A model generated the notes under the pieces. That model searched no databases. It was not told where the DNA came from and worked only from the letters and a program-made list of their open reading frames with translations. A stretch of 64,000 nt of DNA from positions 434,001-498,000 of the forward strand of contig CBFFRQ010000067.1 of assembly GCA_965644315.1 (NCBI GenBank), in the 5' to 3' direction. Source of the stretch: Caecitellus pseudoparvulus. Its lineage: Eukaryota; Protista; Bigyra: Bicosoecida. Both the position numbers and the translations under genes were made by a program. Within the stretch, counting starts at the first letter, position 1; each line of letters opens with the position of its first letter. This document shows positions 20,646-30,468 of this stretch, one piece after another.

Positions 20646-23600
20646 ATGCACCACTGTGCAATTGTGTTCACCAAGCCTGTCACACCGTTCCCCGCTCCCA
20701 ACTCGCGTTGCAGGCGCAGCACCAAGCGCAGGGGGCCGCCTGCCACTTCTTCAAATCCGAAACGCGCCCGACGTGCCAGCACGCCTGATGCACGGCCACC
20801 CAGTGCCGCCAGGGCCCCTTCGGGTGCGTGAGATTGCTACATCATGCTGCATTTACACCTGTGGTGTGTCCTTTTGCGTGCAGACAGCTGTGCACTCGCC
20901 CCACACGTTCCTCACACAGGTGGTGCCGCACCTCTGGCCCACACGCCCAGCACCGAAGCAGCCCAGAAGCAACGCCACCTGACATCCTTCATGCACAATG
21001 TGCCAGCACCCACGGAAAATCCCTTCTTGCTGCGTCCTGCTGTGGGCGCGCCGTCCTGGCCCAAAGTCAAGCTGCACACTTCTGCACGAGTGAGTGCGCT
21101 GGTGCAGCGCTTCCAGGAGGTGGGCCCCCTCGGCTCCGGCGCCTTCAGTGACGTCATCAAGGCCGTGAGCAGGGTGGACGGCGTCGCGTACGCCATCAAG
21201 CGCACCAAGGAGCCCTTCCCCTCTCGCGCTGCGCTGCAACATGCGCTGCGGGAGGTGCAGGCTCTGGCAGCCCTCTCAGGCGCCAGCCCGCACTTGCTGC
21301 CCTACCACTCCGCCTGGACGGAGTCAAACTTGCTGTACATCCAGAACGAGCTGGCCTGGGGCTCTCTCACTCGCGCAGTGCAGGGTTTGCGGCCCCTGCG
21401 CCCCCTGTCTGCAGCAGAGGTGGAGGAGGCATGGCTGCGCCGGGCTCGCACCCCGCTCCCAACCTCCCCTGCCCGCTCACCCTGCCAGCTGGAAGTCACG
21501 TCCTCCACTCTGAACACGTCGATTTCAGGTGCACTGGACCGAGCGCTCGTCATGGACACCAGTGCGGAGTCAGGGTGTCTGCGCAGTCCGGCCGGTGCCA
21601 CCACTCCACGCGGCCCCCATGCCTCGGCGGCACAGAGCAGCCCCGCGCTCCCACGCAGCTCCCAGCAGCCGTGGCAAGTGGGTCTGTCCTTGTTGGGGCC
21701 CAGCGGGACACAGCTGTCCCTGGGCCCCGCGCCACACGAGGGCGGTGCCCCCCCCACACCCTTCCTTGCCCCCAGCCCCCCCACCACGCGCACATTCGAG
21801 GACACGTTTCCCCTTTCCCTTCGTGTGCCTAGCCCTGCGTGGCTGGTGCAGCCACACCGCAGCGGCGCCGCCGCCGCTGGTGACAGCCAGGCCAGCTCGG
21901 AGCTCGACACGGCTGGAGCCCCCCCGCCCCCCTCGACGCCCCCCTCCCTCCGTGTCCAAGCGCCCCCGCGCCCGGGGCAGGGCCAGCTTGGGGGGCACCG
22001 TTCCCCGCGGCATGCTGTCCTTTGGCACACAGGAAGACACCCAGAGCCAGAGCCCAGCGGACGCCCCGCTGCAGCGCCGGTGCCGCCTGGACAGCGCCGA
22101 ATCCGCGGAGGCTGCGACGGCCAGGGGACTGTTCGGGGCGGGCGAGGCCAATGCCGTGTCGCGACCCAGCTCCGCTGCCGCTGTGGCTGCCAGCACGCCC
22201 GTGGTGGGCACGGTTCGCGGCGGCTTCGCAGGCACACCCTCCGCTTCAGCCCACCGTCCCCAGCCCCTGTCTCTCTTTGGCATGGTGGTGGGGGGCACGT
22301 CAGGCACCACGGACCGCACGCCCAGCGCACACCACGGGGAAGGGCTTGCCACCCCGGCTTCGTCTCCCGAGCCGGCCGCCCCGCTTTCGTCTTCCCACAG
22401 CCAGGATGCGGCGTACAGCGGCGTGGATGGCGGGTTCTCTGCGCTGTCGCAGCCGCCTGACCACCCTGACTCGACGCAGCCAGGCGGCCCTCTGCCCTCC
22501 CAAGACCGGGACGGCATCGGCTTCATGTCCTCCCAGGCCTCTTGCCTGTCGGCAGATGCGTACCTGTCCCAGGAACCAGGGGGGGGCGCCCCCCCCTCCA
22601 CCTCGCCTGCCCGCCTGCCCACCACCCAGCTGGACCTCCTGCGCATTCTCCGAGACATTGCCCACGCCCTGGCTGCCCTGCACGCGAGGGACCTGGCGCA
22701 CCTGGACGTCAAACCCGACAACATCCTCGTCACCTACGGCGGGGCGGGGTCCATGACCGACGCGAGGGGACAGTGGCTGCCCAGTCTCGCTTCCGCCACT
22801 GGCCTGCCTTCCCTTGACGCTGCCGCGGTGCTGCTCGCCCAGGCTGGCACGGAGCGGGCTCTCCCCCCTGACCTGCCCCATGCCGCCGTCACGTACAAGC
22901 TCGGGGACCTGGGCACCATCAGCGAGCGACTGGTGACGGAGGTGGAGGAGGGCGACTCCACTTACGTCGCGCTGGAGCTGCTGAACCTGGGCGCCAACCC
23001 AGACGCCCCCCCCGTGGACGTCGCCCCCGCTGACATCTTCGCGCTGGGACTGAGTCTGCTGGAGGTGGGCAGTGGGGCCGCCTTGACGGCTGACTCAGAC
23101 ACCTGGCACGCAGTGCGGTCGGGGGATCCACCACTGGACCTGCCACAGTGCAGCCCCGCCTTCAAAGCCCTGTTGCGGGGCATGTTGGCCAAGGACCCTG
23201 CCGCCCGCCCCACGGCGCAGCAGCTGCTGGAACACCCCCTCCTAGCCCAGCCTGCCGCACAGCCCCCCCTCTCCTTCGAGGGCAGCCTGCGCGCCATGGC
23301 GCTGTGCGAGGCCAGTCTGGCAGCTGCAGTTGCCGGCGACAGTCCACTCAGGGCGGCGCCAGAGCCCAGCGCCAAGCACCCGCGAGCGCCAGCTGCCACG
23401 GGCAGCCTGGGCGCTGGTCTGGCCCTCGCGGGCGTCAAGGCGGCCGAAGCCATCAGCCCCGGTGCCCCCACCCAGTCCCACCGCCTGTCCATGGGCACCC
23501 TGCCCAAGTCCCTGCCGCCCAGCGTCGCCAAGTCTGGCCGGGCGCCTGACGTGGACACGACGTGGGGCACCACTCCCGCCAAGCCAGCGCCAGGCAAGCA

Positions 23601-23742
23601 CCTGCCCCAGCCCTCGCCCAGCGCCTTCAGCAGCGCCTCGTGGGAGTCTGCACACGCCCAGGATGTGGCACACCTGCGGGCGCTGGTGGTGGAGCAGGCT
23701 GCGCAGCTGCAGGAGCTGCGTGCGCGAGTTGGGCAGGCGTAG
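20646..23742 (+). CDS. WEE1: Wee1/Myt1-family protein kinase with very large inserts; apparent frameshift near 21919-21951
   Basis: Exon 20646-20823, then intron 20824-20919. The N-lobe (LGSGAFSDV, YAIKR, YHSAW..LYIQNEL) is in the 20844 frame. The C-lobe (HLDVKPDNI, KLGDLG, EEGDSTY with the Wee1 EGD motif, DIFALG) is in the 21529 frame. Confidence 0.8.
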
Positions 23743-24075
23743 CTCTGTGGCTGGTGGGCCCGCAATGCACTGCGGCCGAGAATTGCCTCCGTTGCTGTTC
23801 ACATTTCACTGTTGTGAGCCAAGGGCGGCCTCTCAGCGTTTGCCAGTCCTCAAGTGCGATTTCTTGCCTAGTCAGTGGAAGAGCATGCAGACCCTTTGGA
23901 TTACGACGTGACGTGACTGGTCCTCAACCGCTTGTTAGCTACGTCTCCGCACGGTGTGCACAAATGGCCAAAAATGAAACAGGATCAAGATCACGGTTCA
24001 CCTCTGTATCCCACAGCCTCCGGGCACCCTTGCCACGCGCCCACAGCGGCAGCAGCGCCACTGCCCTGGCCGGCT

Positions 24076-26492
24076 ATGTCCAATGCAGTGCTGCAGCCGC
24101 GGCCACCTCGGTGAGGCAGCAAACCACGCACTGCCACCACCACGTCTTGCACTCGCAGCCCTTCTCCATCGACTGCAGGATCCGAGGAGACCACGGTGTC
24201 GAGCAGCAGACCTCCCAAGTCGGCATGGTGTCAGCTGAGGCCATTGGGTCTGCCTTCGTGCGCTGGCTTCCCTCCACTCCACAGTGGGCCAAGGGAGGTG
24301 CCGTTGCAGCCTTGGCCACGGCCAAGAACAACTCCACAAGCGAGAAGGAGCGAGCATACTACGCGAAACAGGCAGAGCTACACGCGTTCTACAAGGACGC
24401 AGCAGACTATGACGACCTGCGCGGGGTGGAGGCTGGCGGTGCGTGCAGCTGGCGCGGGCGTCCCGCTGGCGATGCAATTTCCGCACCCCGCTGCACTTCA
24501 CAGGGGACGATGAGGACGACTTGCTGTGGCCTCAACGCCTGAGCTTCTACGTGAATGTGCTGCTGTTCATTGGCAAACTCGTTGCGTTCGTGTTCAGCCT
24601 GTCCCTTGCCGTGTTCGGGTCCACTCTCGAGGTGTGTGGTTGCCTGCGCCGCCGCTGCACATTGCATCTCCGTGCCCATGCACCGGCGTGCGGTCCCCAC
24701 CCCTGCACAGTCTGCGCTGGACATCCTCAGTCTGTTCATCTTCTCCTGGGCTGCATCCCAGGAGGCCAAGCCTGACCCCTTCAAGTTCCCCATCGGCAAG
24801 TCAGCCATCGAGGTGGTGGCCAATGTTGGATTCGCGGCGTTGATGGGCGGCGCCGCCATGGTGGTGCTGTCCCAGGGCGTGCAGGTGCTGGCCACTGGCC
24901 TGGCCGAAGGCGCACCCTCCAGTGGCGCCAGCATCACCCTTGAGCCCCTCCTCATCGTCGGTGCCGCTGTGCTAGCGAAGATCGGGCTGTGGCTGGTGTG
25001 CCGAGGGTACGCAGACCGCAGTCTGGCAGCGGCAGCGCTGGCGCAAGACCACTGGAACGACACCATGAGCACCAGCTTCACCCTGCTGGCCATCCTCATT
25101 GTGTCTTTCTTCCCCAGCGCCTGGTGGGTGGACCCCGGCGCCGCCGTGGTCATGTCCCTCATCATCATCCGCACCTGGTGGGGAGCTGCCCAGGACCACA
25201 CGGAGATGCTGCTGGGGAGGTGGGCGGAGCCCATGCAGCACAGCAAGGTGCTGGCAGTGGCCCTCCTGCACGACGCGCGCATCCAGGCCGTGGAGCACCT
25301 CAACGCGTACACGTACGGCAGCCGGACGCAGGTGGAGCTGGACATCGTCCTGCCCCCCACCATGCCGCACTGCACCGCCCACGACATCGCAGAGGGCCTG
25401 CAGTTCAAAATCGAATCCCTGCCCTTCGTCGCCCGCGCCTACGTGCACATCGACTGGCGCCTCCCAGACGAGGGGGGCAGCAGCATCCCCGAGCACATCG
25501 TGCCGTGGGACTCTGGGCGCTCCACGCTGCTGGCAGCCCTCAGGCAGCAGGCTCGCCGCGCCAGCGACGCCCCGCCTGCCCACGCCCCAGACGTGCCTGG
25601 TGCAGAGGAGGAGGGGGGGGCGTCGTCCTGGTCTGGGCTGAACTTGGAGGGGGGGGATGGGGGGGCCTCCGCGACCCCCCCCCTGCCCCCCCCTGACCAC
25701 AGGCTCGTGGTGCCCCTGCGCAGCATCTCCATGCAGCTACAACGCACTCTTTCCAGTGCCTTGGCAGGCGTGCCGGCCCAGGGGGCGGCTGCTCCAACGG
25801 TGGAGGGGGGGGAGGGGGTGGTGATGGAGGGGGGGCCCGGGTCCCCCCCCACCCCCCTCCACATCGCCCGCTCCAACACGACCCCCGCTGCATCCTTGGC
25901 CAGCGACGCAGAACTGGCCGGGCGGCAGCGCATCGTGGGGCTGGCCCCCATCAGCGGCACATCACCTCGGGATCGCGCAGACATCACCCGCCGCGCCCGG
26001 CGGGACACGTACACCGCCCTGCGTGCCGAAGCCGCCCGCGTGCTGCGGCATGTGCCAGCAGACCAAGCCACGGCAGAGGCAGCTGCAACAGCAGCCAGTT
26101 CCGTGTCAGGGGAAGGGCGTGAGGGGGCCCCCGCCTCGCCGGCACTGTCCAGTGCAGGCGGTGGCGGCGTGCCCCCCGCCCCCCCCCGCATCCCCCTCAA
26201 GCTGCAACGAAACGGTCAGCGAGAGGGACCAGCAGAAGGGGCGGGAAGCGGGCCTGTTGGGCCCCGTGGCGGACTGGCGAAGCGGGGGGCACAGCCACCC
26301 GAACCGGACAGCGACAGCGAGGACGGCGCTGACGTGGCTCACATCCGCATGGGGGCGGCAGCGCCTGCTCCTGTGCTGCCCCCCCGCCCGAACCAAGTCT
26401 GTGCCTGCACCGGTGGCAACGCGTGCAGTGCCACCGCCGCTTGCTGCTGGGCGCTGTCTGCCACGCAGCCTGCGCGTGTGAGGGAGCTGTGA
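24076..26492 (+). CDS. Cation diffusion facilitator, Mn-CDF (MTP8-11-like), long low-complexity C-tail
   Basis: Introns 24111-24178, 24439-24503 and 24632-24710, plus a possible in-frame intron 26397-26468. TM2 ESALD and TM5 DHWND; C-terminal domain AYTYG..VELDIVLP..HDIAEGLQFKIE..RAYVHID. Confidence 0.88.
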
Positions 26493-26673
26493 CTGGCGCC
26501 CCCTTCGGAGAGTTTTCGCACAATCCAAAGTGCTAAGATGAGCACTGGGCACCAAACAGTATGGCATTAAAATAATTTTCACTCTGCTTGCCTGTGCGGT
26601 CAGCGACTCTCCTGTCTGGTGCTGGTACACGTTTTGCTTGCGTTTCGCTTGAGCGGCACTCGTGGCAGGTACA

Positions 26674-28524
26674 ATGGCGGCAGGCTCTGCTTCTGCGGCG
26701 TCCCTCGCGGCATTGCGCCAGGCCGCAGAACAAGGTCACCCTGCTGCCCTCATGTCCCTCGGGCTGCGCTATGAAAACGGCGCGGGGGTGCCTGTGGACC
26801 ACGCCAAAGCTGCACAGATGTACAAGCGTGCCGCTGACTTGGGCAACTCGGATGCCATGGCGAACTATGGCGTCATGCTGGAGCACGGGCGCGGCGTGGC
26901 GCAGGACCGCGCGGGAGCTGCATCCTGGTACGAAAAGGCCGCCAACGCTGGTAGCTCCCACGGCATGACGTGCCTGGGCACAGCATACCGCCTGGGAATC
27001 GGCGTGGTGCCTGACGTGGAGCGAGCGAAAGAGCTGTTCAAGGCTGCAGCGGAGAAGGGCAATGCGCGGGCGGGGAACATGCTGTCCACCATGTCTGGGC
27101 TGACCACAGCTGACCTGGACATGCAGACGCGCCCTCAATCTGAACTGCTGGCAGCGGCAAACGCCGGCGACGTCGCTGCCCAGTCACGCCTGGGCACACT
27201 GCTCTTGGACAGCGGCGAGGACCTGCCCAAGGCACTCTCTCTGCTGCAGACTGCCAGCTCCAAAGGCAATGCTGTGGCCCAGTTCGCTCTGGCCAGGTGC
27301 CTCCTGGAAGGGCGTGGCGTGGCAGCCGACGTGCCTCGTGCGTTTCCCCTGTTGCAGGCATCTGGCAGAGCAGGTTTCGTGCCGGCCCTGCTGCAGCGCG
27401 CACAACTTCTGGTGGCTGGTGCCCCCAGCATCACCCCAGACCCCCAGTCTGCTGTGCAAGTCCTTCGGGAGGCGGCTTCTGTGGGCAGCAGCCTTGCGAG
27501 TGTGCGGCTTGGCAGCTTGTTGCTGGGCAAGCACGGCGTGCGGCAAGACCTGCAAGCTGCCCAAGCCGCCTTCAACAAGGCCACGGCAGCAGGTGACGCC
27601 GAATCGCTGTTCGAAATGGCCTCCCTCATGTTGCAGGGGGCGCTGGGACCTGGCAAGCACGCACAAGCCGTCGGGCTGCTTCAGCGGTCAGCTGCCCAGA
27701 ATTGCCCAGGCGCGCTGGTCACCCTCGGCTCCTTGTTCGAGTTTGGGCGGTCTGGTGTGCCACAGGACGCAGCCAAGGCAGCTGCAGCGTACAAGAAAGC
27801 CGCACAACTGCGCAACCCTGACGGCATGGCGAACTACGGCGTCATGCTGGAGCACGGGCGTGGCGTGGCGCGGGATGTGACGGAAGCTGTACAGTGGTAT
27901 CGACGCAGCGCCCAGCGTGGCCACGCCAATGGCAAGGCGTGTCTGGGGCACTGCCTGCTGACTGGCACGGGCGTGGCGCGGGACCCCGCTGCCGCAGTGC
28001 CGTTGTTGCAGGAGGCTGCTCGCGCAGGGCACGGCAATGCCCAGCGCACCCTGCAAAGCATCGGCGTGGCCTGGAAGGCCGCACCAGCATCACCTGCACC
28101 AGCTCCAGCTCCTGTACAACCTGCTCAGGCCCAGGCCCAGGCCCAGGCAGCAGACTCAGCTGCAGGACCCCCCTCCTCCCGGCGTGGTGTGGCAGTCACA
28201 TACCCTCTCTTGCCGGACGTCGACCCAACCTGTCTCTGGCAACCTTCCTTGCCAGCTGAGCCGCAGGAAAGTTTACATGGGCTGCCGGGCCTGCCACAGT
28301 TCACGCTGTCCATCTCAACCGTGGCCGACGGGGTGTTGCAAGGCCCCTTCCCGTTGACAGCACCATTCCAGTTCCAGACCCCTCCAGGCGACTTCCCTCC
28401 AGTGCCAGCACGGGAGTCAGGTGCAGCTGACTCGGGAGCGGGTGGCGCCGCAGCGCAGGATGCCGCGCCCCCCCCCGACGCCCGGGACGAGCTGGACCAG
28501 GCTCTGGACGACCTGTTTGACTGA
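26674..28524 (+). CDS. Sel1-like repeat protein
   Basis: Repeated AAxxGxxxAxxxLGxxYxxGxGVxxD units; Pro-rich and acidic C-terminus; intronless. Confidence 0.9.
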   Translation: MAAGSASAASLAALRQAAEQGHPAALMSLGLRYENGAGVPVDHAKAAQMYKRAADLGNSDAMANYGVMLEHGRGVAQDRAGAASWYEKAANAGSSHGMTCLGTAYRLGIGVVPDVERAKELFKAAAEKGNARAGNMLSTMSGLTTADLDMQTRPQSELLAAANAGDVAAQSRLGTLLLDSGEDLPKALSLLQTASSKGNAVAQFALARCLLEGRGVAADVPRAFPLLQASGRAGFVPALLQRAQLLVAGAPSITPDPQSAVQVLREAASVGSSLASVRLGSLLLGKHGVRQDLQAAQAAFNKATAAGDAESLFEMASLMLQGALGPGKHAQAVGLLQRSAAQNCPGALVTLGSLFEFGRSGVPQDAAKAAAAYKKAAQLRNPDGMANYGVMLEHGRGVARDVTEAVQWYRRSAQRGHANGKACLGHCLLTGTGVARDPAAAVPLLQEAARAGHGNAQRTLQSIGVAWKAAPASPAPAPAPVQPAQAQAQAQAADSAAGPPSSRRGVAVTYPLLPDVDPTCLWQPSLPAEPQESLHGLPGLPQFTLSISTVADGVLQGPFPLTAPFQFQTPPGDFPPVPARESGAADSGAGGAAAQDAAPPPDARDELDQALDDLFD

Positions 28525-28631
28525 CCAAAATTCATTGCGCATGTTTTGCCACCGCAAGCCGACCTCCATGGTCTATGCACCCGCACTCCCCGACGTGCAA
28601 GGTGCCGTGGCTGGGCCAATTTCCGCACATC

Positions 28632-30455
28632 ATGGCCCTGGCCTACGTTTGTCGCTGGCGCACGGCAGCACAGCTGCACCGGCGGGTAGGCAGCCTTCTC
28701 GTAGTGCCCAGAGTCATGCAGCCCCCTGGTGCTCTGGTCCCTAACACGCTTCCAGCCCCCTGCAGCGTGGGCTTGGGCACCTCGCCGCAGGGCGAAACGC
28801 CACCCATCCCGCCTGCTGCACCTGCCGTGGCGTCACAACAGCACAAGAAGGCTGAGGCGGACTCCAGCCGCACTGTGCTCATGGCTATGACGGGCAACAG
28901 CCTCATTCTCGTCTTGAAGGCCATCGTGTACTTGCGCACTGGCAGTAGCGCCATGCTGGCAGAGACGGTGCACACGCTGGCCGACACTTTGAACCAGGCG
29001 CTGCTGTGGATGGGCGTGCGGCAGTCCCAGGCCGCCCCAGATACTCGGCACCCCTACGGGTATGGCAAGGCTGCATACTTCTGGAGCCTGGTGTCGGCCC
29101 TGGGCCTGTTCTGGTGCGGTGCAGGCGTCTCAGTGTTCCATGGGCTGCTCACGCTGGCCCAGCCCACACACATTCAGGCCACCATGGACATGTGGGCTGT
29201 CCTGGCGGGCTCTCTTGCTGTGGACGGGTATGTCCTGGCCCGCGCTCTGCGCGTCGTGCTGCAGCGCGCCCACGACCGGTCAGTGGAGGCCAGTGACCCC
29301 ACTCACTCCGACCACGAGGCGGCGGGGCGGGGTGGCGTGCCGCTCGGCCAAGCCCAGCGATGGTGGCGTGTCCCTATGGCCTTCTCCTTCGCCCCCTCGG
29401 CGCCCATCAGCAGTTCCCTCGGCATGCTGCGGGCAGCGTACTGGTACGTGCGGAAGGCCCGGGACCCCTTCGTGACGGCGGTGTTCTTGGAAGACGCCGT
29501 GGCGTGTTCCGGCGTGCTTCTCGCCGGCGCGGGAGTCGGCCTCTCGCACCTGACGGGGTCTCCCATCTGGGACAGTCTCGCCAGCATCGCCATCGGTGGC
29601 ATGCTGGGCGGCGTGGCAGTGCAAATGGTGCGCCTGAACCACAGGTACCTGCTGGGGCACGCAGTGCAGTCCAGCACCCTGGCTGGTATCCGCAGCATCA
29701 TCCTGTCCCTGCCCAGCATCGACGCGGTGGGGGACGTGCAGAGCCAGTACGTTGGCCCCAACGCCTTCACGTACAAGGCGCAGGTGGACTTCGACGGCAC
29801 GTACTTGTCAGCCCGCCTGCAGAAGGCTTACCTGGGCCTGTTCACACAAGCCGCAGAGCGGGGGTCCCTCGAGGCAGACCTTCCCCTGCTCCTGTCCCTA
29901 TACGCTGAGGATGTGACGCGGCTGGTGGAGCGGGAGCTGAAGGAGGTGGAGAACCGCATTCGCCAGGCGTACCCCGGCGCCGTGTACATTGAGCTGGAGC
30001 CCGACAGCAAGGAGTCTGAACGCCCCATGCATTCCATGTTGCAGGACGCCAGTGCCCGGGCCAAGGAGGAGCGAGCACTATGGCAGCAGTTGACGGGCGT
30101 GCTGGCTGTGCGGGCGGCTCGCAAGCCCCACGACCCAGACATCGTCTCGGAGCAGGCCAGGCTGAACGAGTGGTTCCACAGTATTGAAACACGGGGGCAG
30201 TCGCGCGACCAGCTGGCTGCCCAGTTCGCTGCTCGGCTGGTCGCATCCACGCCGCCGTCAGCTGACGCAGTGCAGGGCACGGGGGGGAAGGGCAATGAGA
30301 GGAAAGAGGCGGCTCGGAGTACAGCGGACCCCACCACTGCTGTGCAGGGGCACTCGACAGAGGGGGCTGAGTTGCAGCAGGCTCGCAGCGACCTGCTGAG
30401 CCAAGGCGACCCAGTGGAAGATGCCTTGGAGTGGGGCACGCCCCAGAAGAAGTAG
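28632..30455 (+). CDS. ZnT9/SLC30A9-type cation diffusion facilitator, probably mitochondrial
   Basis: SSAMLAETVHTLAD, HPYGYG, VFLEDAVA, WDSLASIAIG and YKAQVDFDG; Arg-rich N-terminus resembles a presequence. Confidence 0.88.
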   Translation: MALAYVCRWRTAAQLHRRVGSLLVVPRVMQPPGALVPNTLPAPCSVGLGTSPQGETPPIPPAAPAVASQQHKKAEADSSRTVLMAMTGNSLILVLKAIVYLRTGSSAMLAETVHTLADTLNQALLWMGVRQSQAAPDTRHPYGYGKAAYFWSLVSALGLFWCGAGVSVFHGLLTLAQPTHIQATMDMWAVLAGSLAVDGYVLARALRVVLQRAHDRSVEASDPTHSDHEAAGRGGVPLGQAQRWWRVPMAFSFAPSAPISSSLGMLRAAYWYVRKARDPFVTAVFLEDAVACSGVLLAGAGVGLSHLTGSPIWDSLASIAIGGMLGGVAVQMVRLNHRYLLGHAVQSSTLAGIRSIILSLPSIDAVGDVQSQYVGPNAFTYKAQVDFDGTYLSARLQKAYLGLFTQAAERGSLEADLPLLLSLYAEDVTRLVERELKEVENRIRQAYPGAVYIELEPDSKESERPMHSMLQDASARAKEERALWQQLTGVLAVRAARKPHDPDIVSEQARLNEWFHSIETRGQSRDQLAAQFAARLVASTPPSADAVQGTGGKGNERKEAARSTADPTTAVQGHSTEGAELQQARSDLLSQGDPVEDALEWGTPQKK

Positions 30456-30468
30456 GGGCGGAGGGCCG

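Noticed and set aside
13843-23742. RNR2, kinesin-14 and Wee1 as a cell-cycle gene cluster with a CHR-like TTTGAA upstream of RNR2
   Set aside because: They are interleaved with unrelated genes and I saw only one convincing motif copy, so chance is a sufficient explanation.
25605-25860. G/C homopolymer runs as a regulatory G-quadruplex
   Set aside because: Gly/Pro codons in a disordered tail explain them, and there is no independent support.
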